DNA of 64,000 nt. Source: Methanobacteriota archaeon. Lineage in GTDB: Archaea > Thermoplasmatota > Thermoplasmata > SG8-5 > DAIRED01. The notes under the pieces are model-generated. The model was not told the DNA's origin. It did no database searches and saw only the letters and a program-made list of their open reading frames with translations. This document shows positions 56,698 through 64,000 of this stretch, piece by piece (the first letter of the stretch is position 1; every line of letters begins with the position of its first letter). The stretch spans positions 64,001-128,000 of the forward strand of contig JAZDNO010000006.1 in assembly GCA_043799545.1 (NCBI GenBank), given 5' to 3'. The translations under genes were made by a program, and so were the position numbers.

Positions 56698-57585
56698 ATG
56701 GATGAGATGAGCATATACATAGACGGAAAGTACTACCCGAAAGCGCAGGCCAAGATATCGGTTTACGACCACGGCCTGCTTTACGGGGACGGGATTTTCG
56801 AGGGAATTCGAATATACGACGGTAATATATACCGATTGAATTCGCATCTTGAGCGGCTTTACGAGTCTGCCAAGACGATAATGCTGACAATCCCTATGAG
56901 CATCGATGAGCTGAGGGATGCGTGCGTCGCGACCGTGAAGAAGAACGGCCTCCGCGATGCGTACATACGCCTGATGGTCACAAGGGGAGTGGGGGATCTG
57001 GGCCTTGACCCGAGGAAGTGCCCCAGGGCGACCGTGATAATCATCGTGGACCGCATCAAGATGTTCCCTGCGGAGTATTACACCAAAGGTTTGGAGGTCG
57101 CCACCGTGCCGACGACCAGGAACATGTCCGACGCCCTCAACCCGAAGATCAAGTCGTTAAACTACCTCAACAACGTCATGGCGAAGATAGAGGCGAACAA
57201 CATGGGCGTGCCAGAGGGTCTATTGCTCAGCGCCCAGGGCTATGTGACCGAGGGGACGGGGGACAACATCTTCATAATCCGGGACAAGATACTCCAGACT
57301 CCGCCGACGTACGACGGCGCTCTGGCCGGCATAACCCGCAGCTCCATCGTCTACATGGCCAAAGACCTGGGCTACACATGCGAAAAGAAAACCCTGACCC
57401 GCCACGACCTCTATAACGCTGAGGAGTGCTTCTTGACCGGGACAGCCGCAGAGCTAATCCCGGTCGTCAAAATCGATGGCAGGGTCATAGGAACGGGAAA
57501 GCCCGGGCCGATATTCAAGAAGCTTCTCGCAGAGTTCAGGAAGCTGACGAAGGTGGATGGTTACAGGGTGTACAAGAAGAAATAA
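56698..57585 (+). CDS. ilvE: Branched-chain amino acid aminotransferase
   Basis: DHGLLYGDGIFEGIR, KSLNYLNN, EGTGDN, GITR and FLTGTAAE. Confidence 0.95.
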   Translation: MDEMSIYIDGKYYPKAQAKISVYDHGLLYGDGIFEGIRIYDGNIYRLNSHLERLYESAKTIMLTIPMSIDELRDACVATVKKNGLRDAYIRLMVTRGVGDLGLDPRKCPRATVIIIVDRIKMFPAEYYTKGLEVATVPTTRNMSDALNPKIKSLNYLNNVMAKIEANNMGVPEGLLLSAQGYVTEGTGDNIFIIRDKILQTPPTYDGALAGITRSSIVYMAKDLGYTCEKKTLTRHDLYNAEECFLTGTAAELIPVVKIDGRVIGTGKPGPIFKKLLAEFRKLTKVDGYRVYKKK

Positions 57586-57590
57586 TTAGG

Positions 57591-57672
57591 GCCACTGGAG
57601 GGATTTGAACCGACGACCAGTTGGATAGCAATGCTATATGTCCCCTATGGTGGTCTAAGTTCAAATCCCATC
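57591..57672 (-). repeat. Partial copy of tRNA-Thr 3' end folded back on an imperfect inverted copy
   Basis: 57591-57611 identical to 57700-57720; GGGATTTGAAC (57600-57610) is inverted at 57659-57669, and GACCA/TGGTC also pair. Confidence 0.85.
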
Positions 57673-57698
57673 AAGCTAGGAGCGATATAAATAAATTA

Positions 57699-57772
57699 AG
57701 CCACTGGAGGGATTTGAACCCCCGACCTGCTGATTACAAATCAGCCGCTCCACCGAGCTAAGCTACAGTGGC
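57699..57772 (-). tRNA. tRNA-Thr(UGU), intronless, CCA not encoded
   Basis: GCCACTG acceptor stem, GCTGA-TTTGTAA-TCAGC anticodon arm, GGTTCAAATCC T arm, U73. Confidence 0.96.
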
Positions 57773-57835
57773 GTTTTATTGCTTATGAATGGATTTGTAT
57801 TTCCGACGGACTCCCGAAGCTGAGCCGGAACAAAT

Positions 57836-57911
57836 GCATTGTGGCTCAGCGAGGCACAGACCTTCACCAACCGGAAGGCTGGTCTAGTGCACCGAGCTAA
57901 GCTACAGTGGC
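57836..57911 (-). repeat. Partial copy of tRNA-Thr 5' end folded back on an imperfect inverted copy
   Basis: 57890-57911 identical to 57751-57772; 57881-57911 imperfectly complementary to 57836-57862; TTTAAA TATA about 28 nt upstream on the minus strand. Confidence 0.85.
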
Positions 57912-57971
57912 ATTATACCAGAGCGAAATCATAGGAAACGTTTAAAGTTAATCATTGTTTCGCTGTTGCTG

Positions 57972-58955
57972 ATGAAAAAATTCGAAAGATGCATTAGGAA
58001 AGACGAATTCGCCGCAGCCTGGTCCGAGCAAGAAACGGAGACCGAGCGCGCTTTCGTAATCATCCTGAGGACGTCCGGCTGCGCTTGGGCCGCCAGGGGC
58101 GGGTGCCTTATGTGCGGCTACTCGTCCGAATCGCTCCAAGGCGTGTGCCAGGAAGACATCGAGGCGCAGGTGGCGAAGGCGCTGGCGAAGTACTCCGGCG
58201 AGGCCGTTGTCAAGCTCTACACATCCGGGAGCTTCCTCGACGAGAAGGAAATCCCCGACCCAGCGAGGATATGGCAGACGTTGCTCGATGCTGGCGCGCG
58301 CAGGCTTCTGGTGGAATCCCGCCCGGAATTCGTCGAGCCGTCCTTATCCGACATCGAGCCGTTCAAGGGGAAACTCGAAGTTGCCATGGGACTGGAAACG
58401 GCCAACGACAGTGTGCGCGAACGCTGCGTGAGGAAGGGATTTACCTTTGCGGATTTTTCCGCGGCATCCGAATCGCTGAGGGGCGCTGGCTCGACCGTGC
58501 GCACCTACCTCCTTCTCAAGCCACTTTTCCTGGGGGAGGCCGACGCGATGGCGGACGCTCTCTCCTCGGTCGGCACGGCGTCCGCGCATTCTGACGTCAT
58601 TTCACTCAACCCTGTCAACGTCCAGAGGCGGACTCTCGTGGAGCGAATGTGGCGCCGGGCTGAATATAGGCCTCCGTGGCTGTGGTCTATTGCGGAGGTG
58701 CTCTCGAAGGCGGAAAAGGGGAAGGCGCGTTTGGTCTCATCTCCGTCGGGAGGCGGCACGCAGCGCGGCGCTCACAATTGCGGGAAATGCGACGCCGTCT
58801 TCCTGGATGCCGTTTCAAAATATTCCCTGACCCAGGATGCGGATGTTTTCCGCGGGCTCGGATGCGAGTGCTCGGAGCTATGGCGGGACATTCTCGAACT
58901 GGAAAGCCGGGCGATGACGACCACAGATTTGGAGCGCACTTCCTGGCGCGGCTAG
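57972..58955 (+). CDS. Archaeosine-synthesis radical SAM protein RaSEA (TIGR01210-like)
   Basis: ILRTSGCAW..GGCLMCGY, TSGSFLD, ESRPEF, YRPPWLWS and RGAHNCGKCD. Confidence 0.85.
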   Translation: MKKFERCIRKDEFAAAWSEQETETERAFVIILRTSGCAWAARGGCLMCGYSSESLQGVCQEDIEAQVAKALAKYSGEAVVKLYTSGSFLDEKEIPDPARIWQTLLDAGARRLLVESRPEFVEPSLSDIEPFKGKLEVAMGLETANDSVRERCVRKGFTFADFSAASESLRGAGSTVRTYLLLKPLFLGEADAMADALSSVGTASAHSDVISLNPVNVQRRTLVERMWRRAEYRPPWLWSIAEVLSKAEKGKARLVSSPSGGGTQRGAHNCGKCDAVFLDAVSKYSLTQDADVFRGLGCECSELWRDILELESRAMTTTDLERTSWRG

Positions 58956-58992
58956 CGAACCGGTTATATCCGGGCAGGGCATCACCGGCGGC

Positions 58993-59481
58993 ATGACGCT
59001 CCTTTCAGACGCGGAAATCAAGCGGTGGATGACCGATGGCTCGCTCCGCATCGCGCCGTTCGCCGAGAAGAACCTCACTCCCAACGGCTACGACCTCACC
59101 ATCGAGGAAGTGCTGATACCAGGCCAGGCCAAAGCGTTCGACGTGACTGTCCCACCGATGTCACGCTTCGTTGTGAGCACCAGGGAGCGGGTGGAGCTGA
59201 ACGGGCCATTCACTGCGCAGCTGTGGATAAGGACGACATGGGCTCGGCGCGGCGTGCTGGCATCTTTTGGCAGAATAGACGCCGGTTTTAAAGGGACACT
59301 CACCCTGGCGGCATTCAACGCGTCGGCCGAGCCGCTGCCGGTCAGGGCTGGGGAGACTTTCGCGCAATTAGTCTTTGAGCCTCTGGCCGGCGGCGTTGAA
59401 AAGACTTACGCCGAGCGCTCGGGGAATTACCAGGACCAGAAAGGAGTGACCCTGGCAAAAGACAAATCTCGGGTGGTTTGA
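58993..59481 (+). CDS. dcd: dCTP deaminase family protein
   Basis: LTPNGYDL, RTTWARRG, IDAGFKGTLTL, FAQLVF and Y..RSGNYQ.Q.GV. Confidence 0.88.
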   Translation: MTLLSDAEIKRWMTDGSLRIAPFAEKNLTPNGYDLTIEEVLIPGQAKAFDVTVPPMSRFVVSTRERVELNGPFTAQLWIRTTWARRGVLASFGRIDAGFKGTLTLAAFNASAEPLPVRAGETFAQLVFEPLAGGVEKTYAERSGNYQDQKGVTLAKDKSRVV

Positions 59482-59495
59482 CAAGCCACGTTATC

Positions 59496-60488
59496 TCAAT
59501 CTCTTTTTAAATCGTATGCAACCACCGAAGAGCCAGGCGAATATGGGTGGACGATGTTCCACGACCAGCATGTGGCTCCCCGGGCGAGAGCCTCAAGCTC
59601 CCTGGCGCGCCCCCCCTCCGCACCCTTGTCGACAACCTGATAGACGTGAAGCCATGCGCCTGGCGCCGAGGCCTTTAACGCTTCTGGCAGGAACTCGTGA
59701 GCGCTGTGCGGCAGGTTCATGATTATCCGGTCCGCAGGACCGAGCTTCGGGGCCAGTTCCCGGGCGTCCCCGTGGTGCGCGCTAACGGAGCCCGCCTTGT
59801 TCCTGGCGATGTTCGCGCGCAGGAATTCAATGGCGTGGGCGTTCGCGTCCACGCAGGTGACCGACGAGGGCTTGGCTTTCTTCGCGATGAGTATTGAGAA
59901 CGGGCCGACCCCGCAGAACATGTCCAGCACGCGCTCCCCCTTTGCCACGAGCTGGGCGATTCGCCACCGCTCGTTCGCGAGCCTGGGAGAGAAATAGACC
60001 TGGGCCAGGTCGAGCTCCAGCTCGATGCCGTACTCCCTGTGGACGGTGCGCGTGCTCTGCCTTCCGGCGACGACCTTCAGGGATCGGACGCGAAGCTCTC
60101 CCTCTACGCCCTGGTCAAGCGCTGCGGAGGCCAGGTTCCTGTTCGCCGCAAGCATGGCCTTTCCGATCTCAGTCGCGTGCGGTGCAAGCTCGTCAGGGAG
60201 TTTGAAGATGGCAACGTCCCCGACGATGTCGAACGAAGACGGCAAGAGCGCCTTCAACCCATCGGGAACTTCAGCCACATCCTTGTAGCTTTTGATACGG
60301 CTGGGAGCTGGTTCGAAATCGTCCTCGCCAACAGGGTAACCCATTGCGGGCCCATCGAGGACGGGCATGTAGACATGGGTCCCATCGGACTTTATGCTGA
60401 GGTCTCCTCTCAGTAGCCTTGCCTCTGAAAGCTTTTTACGGGCGGACTCGCCTTCCCCTCTGGGCACGATAACGCATCGGGCTCTCAC
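59496..60488 (-). CDS. Trm5/Taw2 (Met-10+)-family tRNA methyltransferase
   Basis: SFDIVGDVA, VYFSPRL..ER, DMFCGVGPF and MNLP; start GTG 60488 or ATG 60500. Confidence 0.88.
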   Translation of the reverse strand: MRARCVIVPRGEGESARKKLSEARLLRGDLSIKSDGTHVYMPVLDGPAMGYPVGEDDFEPAPSRIKSYKDVAEVPDGLKALLPSSFDIVGDVAIFKLPDELAPHATEIGKAMLAANRNLASAALDQGVEGELRVRSLKVVAGRQSTRTVHREYGIELELDLAQVYFSPRLANERWRIAQLVAKGERVLDMFCGVGPFSILIAKKAKPSSVTCVDANAHAIEFLRANIARNKAGSVSAHHGDARELAPKLGPADRIIMNLPHSAHEFLPEALKASAPGAWLHVYQVVDKGAEGGRARELEALARGATCWSWNIVHPYSPGSSVVAYDLKRD

Positions 60489-60498
60489 GGTGCAACGC

Positions 60499-61287
60499 AT
60501 GGGCGAATTGGTATTTGTCGGTTTAGGTCTCGGTCCGGGAGGCGTCAGCCAAGCAGGGCTGGAGGAATTGAAGGGCTGCGGCAAGGTCTTCGCAGAGACC
60601 TACACCGCGCCAGTCGAAAAAGGCATGCTTCCGGAGCTGGCAAAGCTCATAGGGAAGGACATCGCGCTTCTGGGGAGGAAGGATGTCGAGGACGGGAAGC
60701 TCATTCTGATGGAGGCGAGCCGGGGCAGGTGCAGCATCCTGGTCCCGGGCGACCCGATGGTGGCGACGACCCACGTAGACCTGAGGCTCAGGGCTGTGGA
60801 AAGGGGCATCGTGACCAAAATAATCCACGCGGCGAGCATAGGCACGGCCGCCGCTGGCCTTCTGGGGCTCCAGAGCTACAAGTTCGGCCGGACCACCACG
60901 CTGCCTTTCTGGAAACCAGGCTACGAACCGACCAGCCCTTACGACGTCGTCGAGGCCAATCGCAATGAAGGACTGCACACTCTGGTGCTTCTCGACATCG
61001 ACGCAGAAGGCGGCGCGGCCATGACTGCGACCCAAGGCATGGCGCAACTGATTGCATTGGAGGCAAAGCTCGGCCGTGGAGTATTCAAAGCCGACACTCT
61101 CGCATGCGTGGTGGCCCGTGCCGGCCACGACGACGTTCTCGTGAAAGCGGGTGAAATAACCGTTCTCGCAAGAGAGGATTTCGGGCGGCCACCGCACTGC
61201 ATCGTCATCCCGGGCAAGCTGCATTTCATGGAATCGGGGGCGCTGGTCGCGCTCGCGGGAGCGCCGAAAACGATATTGAAGGATTAA
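60499..61287 (+). CDS. dph5: Diphthine synthase
   Basis: LVFVGLG, ETYT, PGDPMVATTH, GLQSYKFGRTTT, GLHTLVLLD and FG.PPHCIVIPG.LHFME. Confidence 0.93.
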   Translation: MGELVFVGLGLGPGGVSQAGLEELKGCGKVFAETYTAPVEKGMLPELAKLIGKDIALLGRKDVEDGKLILMEASRGRCSILVPGDPMVATTHVDLRLRAVERGIVTKIIHAASIGTAAAGLLGLQSYKFGRTTTLPFWKPGYEPTSPYDVVEANRNEGLHTLVLLDIDAEGGAAMTATQGMAQLIALEAKLGRGVFKADTLACVVARAGHDDVLVKAGEITVLAREDFGRPPHCIVIPGKLHFMESGALVALAGAPKTILKD

Positions 61288-61934
61288 ATCCCCAGCGCCT
61301 GTTTCAACTCATCCATTCCGACGCCGTGCTTCGCATCCGTGAGAATAACCGGAGCCCTCGAATTGAGGTTTTTAGCATCTGACACAAGGACCTGCGGGTC
61401 CACTTCGACCGCGCCAGCCAGGTCAATCTTGTTTATCACGATGAGGTCGGCGATTGTGAAAATCAACGGGTGCTTCCTCACCATGTCGTCTCCTTCAGTC
61501 ACGGAGATTACAACGACGCGCTTGTCGGTGCCGAGGGGGAAATCCCCCGGGCATACGAGGTTGCCCACGTTCTCGATGAAGAGGATGTCCAGCTCTTCCA
61601 ACTTTAGGTGCTCCAGGGCGTGGTCGACCATGTGCGCGTCTAGGTGGCATTCTTTCCCGGTATTGACGTTCTCGGCTGTCGCACCCCTATTGACAAAACG
61701 CCTGTAATCGTCATCCCCCGCCACATCGCCAGCGATGCACCCCACCCTTTTCCCGTTTGCTTTCAACGCCTCTATCATCTTCTCGATGATGAGCGTCTTG
61801 CCAGAGCCTATTGAGCCGACGAAATCAAACGACTTGATTCCTTTGGATTTCAGGCGGACGTGGTTGTCGTCTGCGATGCGCAAATTCGCACCTAGTACGT
61901 TGGCCCCGAGATCCACGTCCACGACCTTGTGCAG
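61284..61934 (-). CDS. hypB: Hydrogenase nickel-insertion GTPase HypB (probable CTG start)
   Basis: GSIGSGKT, TGKECHLD, ENVGNLVCP, SVTEGDD and NKIDL; CTG at 61934 follows GGGGTGA. Confidence 0.93.
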   Translation of the reverse strand: MHKVVDVDLGANVLGANLRIADDNHVRLKSKGIKSFDFVGSIGSGKTLIIEKMIEALKANGKRVGCIAGDVAGDDDYRRFVNRGATAENVNTGKECHLDAHMVDHALEHLKLEELDILFIENVGNLVCPGDFPLGTDKRVVVISVTEGDDMVRKHPLIFTIADLIVINKIDLAGAVEVDPQVLVSDAKNLNSRAPVILTDAKHGVGMDELKQALGI

Positions 61935-61938
61935 GCGC

Positions 61939-62103
61939 TCACCCCTTTCGCTTGGGGATGCTGCAGATGGCATACTCGTCCCCGTCCAAAAACACATCCA
62001 GATCGGGATGCTTCTCCTGGATCTGCCTGATGTTCTCCATGACCTCCGAGATGGTCTTCGTGCCGTCCCGGCTGAGCTTCACATGCACCCTCTTTTCGGT
62101 CAG
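61939..62103 (-). CDS. 54-aa hypothetical protein upstream of hypB (not in ORF track)
   Basis: Manual translation (M)TEKRVHVKLSRDGTKTISEVMENIRQIQEKHPDLDVFLDGDEYAICSIPKRKG*; CTG at 62103 after GGGGTG, or GTG at 62112. Confidence 0.65.
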   Translation of the reverse strand: MTEKRVHVKLSRDGTKTISEVMENIRQIQEKHPDLDVFLDGDEYAICSIPKRKG

Positions 62104-62299
62104 GCTTAACACCCCGCCAGACGCTTCGCGCGCCTAGATACCACCAATCCTTGCCGGGGTATATAAACCTAACCTCGGGCGGACATCGGTCACTCTAGCA
62201 TGAATTCGTCATTGCTTCAGGTCAATTTATTTATACCATCTCGCTCATCAGCATCGCGGCCAATCTTTTTATCCATTGGCCGGCGCGAGGTGCACCTAG

Positions 62300-64000
62300 G
62301 TGGTTCCCAAAGCTGGCAAAGACGAAGAAGCGACCTGTCCGGTCTGCGGTGGGCCCATAGACGAGGCTGGCGCGAAATGCGCCCGGTGCGGCGCGGCCTA
62401 TGTCGCCCCTGGAGACAGAAAGGCGAAAAAGAAGGTCCAGATTGCCCACGGCAGCAAGCCCGAGAAAAAGGAGGCTGCACCCGAGAAACCTCCCCAGGCA
62501 GCGAACGATTCTAAGAATGCGGCCGCCAAGGAAAGCAACGCCGACCTGGCCAAATGGCTGAGCGGCGAGGAGGAGGAAAAGGGCCTGACGGACTGGCTTG
62601 GTGGCGGCAAGACTGAGGCGAAACAGCCGTCCAGGCCCAGCGCAAAGCCAGCTCCGGCACAAGATGCCAAGGACTCCAACGTCGACGCTCTCAAAGCCTG
62701 GCTCAGCGGTGAGGAGGACACGCTTACTTCGTGGCTTGGTGAAGACCCCACGGCGAAACCCAAGGCCGCCTCGGTCCCGTCAGTGGTCTCGGACGAGGTC
62801 AGCAAGGAGCTGGGGGAGCGGGAGAGCGCCCTCGCTGAGAAGGAGACCGCCTTGAAAAAGCGCGAGGAAGACCTCGATGCCATGAGGGGGGCGCTTCAGG
62901 AGCAGCTTTCAAAGGTCCAGACGGGCGAGTTCGATCCGATGGTCCTAATAGAAGAGACGGCCAGGCTCAACAGGGATCTCCAGGCGGAGGTGAGGAAGCG
63001 CAAGGAGCTGGACGACGAAATTGTCCAGGTCAAGAAGGGAAGCATCGCGGTCATCAAGTACGTCAAAGCGCAGCAGATGCAGCGCGGCGGGGACGCGGCC
63101 CGCTCCATCCACAAGCGTCTGGACGAGGTCACCGCGGAGAAGGAGAGGCTCACAGTCGAACTCAAGAAGACCATGGAAATAAACGAAAAGATGAAGGCGG
63201 ACATGGCCGAGGGGCTGAAAGCCCTGCCCGACGGCGACCGGGCCATCAAGGAGAAGGAGATGGCCCTGATGGAGCAGGAAAAGCAGCTGGAAGCATCGAA
63301 AGCGGAGCTGCATGAGAAGGAAAAGCAGATGCGCGAAGCGGTGATTTCCTCCGGCGGGGGGGTAGGGGCGGCTTCGGCTGAGTTGCAGCAGCGCTTGATG
63401 GCCGAGCTCGGGGAGAAAGAGAAGGAATGGCTCAAGAACGAGGGCGAGCTGAAGAAGCGCATACTCGACCTTGAAGCCAACATACAGGAGCTTAAGATTA
63501 ACCAGAAGCAGGTCCAGGAGGCGGCGGAGCTCAAGGGCAAGGGTGCGGAGGTCAACGCAGAGCTCGAGCGCAAGATACGCGAGCTTCAGATAAAAGAGAA
63601 GGCGATGCTCCTCAGGGAGGAGGAGATAAGGAGGCTGTCCCAGCAGCTGAAGGACAAGGACGAGGAGCTCAAGAAGGTCAAGGAGCCCTTGAAGTACAAG
63701 GAGGAGGAGCTGCTGAGGCGCGAAGAGGACCTGCTCCACCGCGAGAAGATATTGATGGAGGAGCGCAGGAAGTACGAGGAGGCGGTGAAAGACACCGGCA
63801 GCCTCCAGACGCACGACATGAAGATGAAGATTGAGGAGCTGAACCAGGAGATAAACCGCAAGGAGGAGCAGATACGCACCAAGGAGCAGTACCTCAACGC
63901 CAAGATGGAGGACCTTAAGCTGAGGGAGCAGGGGCTCATAGGCCAGGAAATCGAGGCGCGCGAGGAAGACCGCAAGCTGGAGCTGAAAATCGAGAAGGTC
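62300..64000 (+). CDS. Long coiled-coil protein with N-terminal double Zn ribbon (3' end outside window)
   Basis: GTG after GAGGTG; open for 567 codons to the edge; CPVCG..CARCG, two WLSGEE motifs, then an E/K-rich heptad region; AAG/GAG-rich codon usage. Confidence 0.85.
   Translation, partial: MVPKAGKDEEATCPVCGGPIDEAGAKCARCGAAYVAPGDRKAKKKVQIAHGSKPEKKEAAPEKPPQAANDSKNAAAKESNADLAKWLSGEEEEKGLTDWLGGGKTEAKQPSRPSAKPAPAQDAKDSNVDALKAWLSGEEDTLTSWLGEDPTAKPKAASVPSVVSDEVSKELGERESALAEKETALKKREEDLDAMRGALQEQLSKVQTGEFDPMVLIEETARLNRDLQAEVRKRKELDDEIVQVKKGSIAVIKYVKAQQMQRGGDAARSIHKRLDEVTAEKERLTVELKKTMEINEKMKADMAEGLKALPDGDRAIKEKEMALMEQEKQLEASKAELHEKEKQMREAVISSGGGVGAASAELQQRLMAELGEKEKEWLKNEGELKKRILDLEANIQELKINQKQVQEAAELKGKGAEVNAELERKIRELQIKEKAMLLREEEIRRLSQQLKDKDEELKKVKEPLKYKEEELLRREEDLLHREKILMEERRKYEEAVKDTGSLQTHDMKMKIEELNQEINRKEEQIRTKEQYLNAKMEDLKLREQGLIGQEIEAREEDRKLELKIEKV

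Noticed and set aside
57591-57911. Split, permuted or intron-containing second tRNA made from the partial copies
   Set aside because: No second anticodon-arm piece was found, the T-stem of the 3' copy is mismatched, and I could not identify a convincing bulge-helix-bulge by eye; kept only as a structural finding
57586-57960. Intact integrative element or provirus at tRNA-Thr
   Set aside because: The inserts are only about 90-120 nt, flanking genes are housekeeping, and there is no integrase in the window
61939-62112. hypA call for the small gene before hypB
   Set aside because: Lacks the MHE start and both CxxC zinc motifs

Overview
GC-rich, gene-dense archaeal chromosome segment. Thermoplasmatota-like affiliation is inferred from gene content and protein styles and was not tested. 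There is about one gene per kb, with many ATGA overlaps and GGAGG/GGTGA ribosome-binding sites. The centrepiece (11.1-23.2 kb) is two tandem hydrogenase operons. The first is a hybrid [NiFe]-[FeFe] complex: a [NiFe] small-subunit N-domain fused to an [FeFe] H-cluster-like domain, NuoE, a NuoF-GltD fusion, a [2Fe-2S]/His-[4Fe-4S] domain fused to the missing [NiFe] small-subunit C-domain, and a [NiFe] large subunit. The second is a group 3b (sulfhydrogenase-type) [NiFe] enzyme with fused beta-gamma subunits, followed by a maturation protease. Other blocks: a degenerate TBP-fold gene coupled to TatD; a thiolase-like gene lacking its catalytic Cys plus a DUF35 partner; serS followed by four RimJ/RimL-type acetyltransferases (A-B-A'-B'); cdc48 plus a PRC-barrel gene converging on a degenerate FtsZ and two giant TPR proteins (one with an apparently dead Mrr-like nuclease domain); nurA-herA-mre11-rad50; an HMG-CoA reductase / CoA-transferase-GNAT / ADP-forming acyl-CoA synthetase / DRTGG cluster; pyrBI, iscU and ilvE; a tRNA-Thr(UGU) flanked by fold-back partial copies of itself; RaSEA, dcd, trm5, dph5 and hypB; and a long coiled-coil gene running off the right edge. 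No CRISPR array, rRNA, integrase or transposase was found. All family calls come from motif recognition by eye, not database searches.
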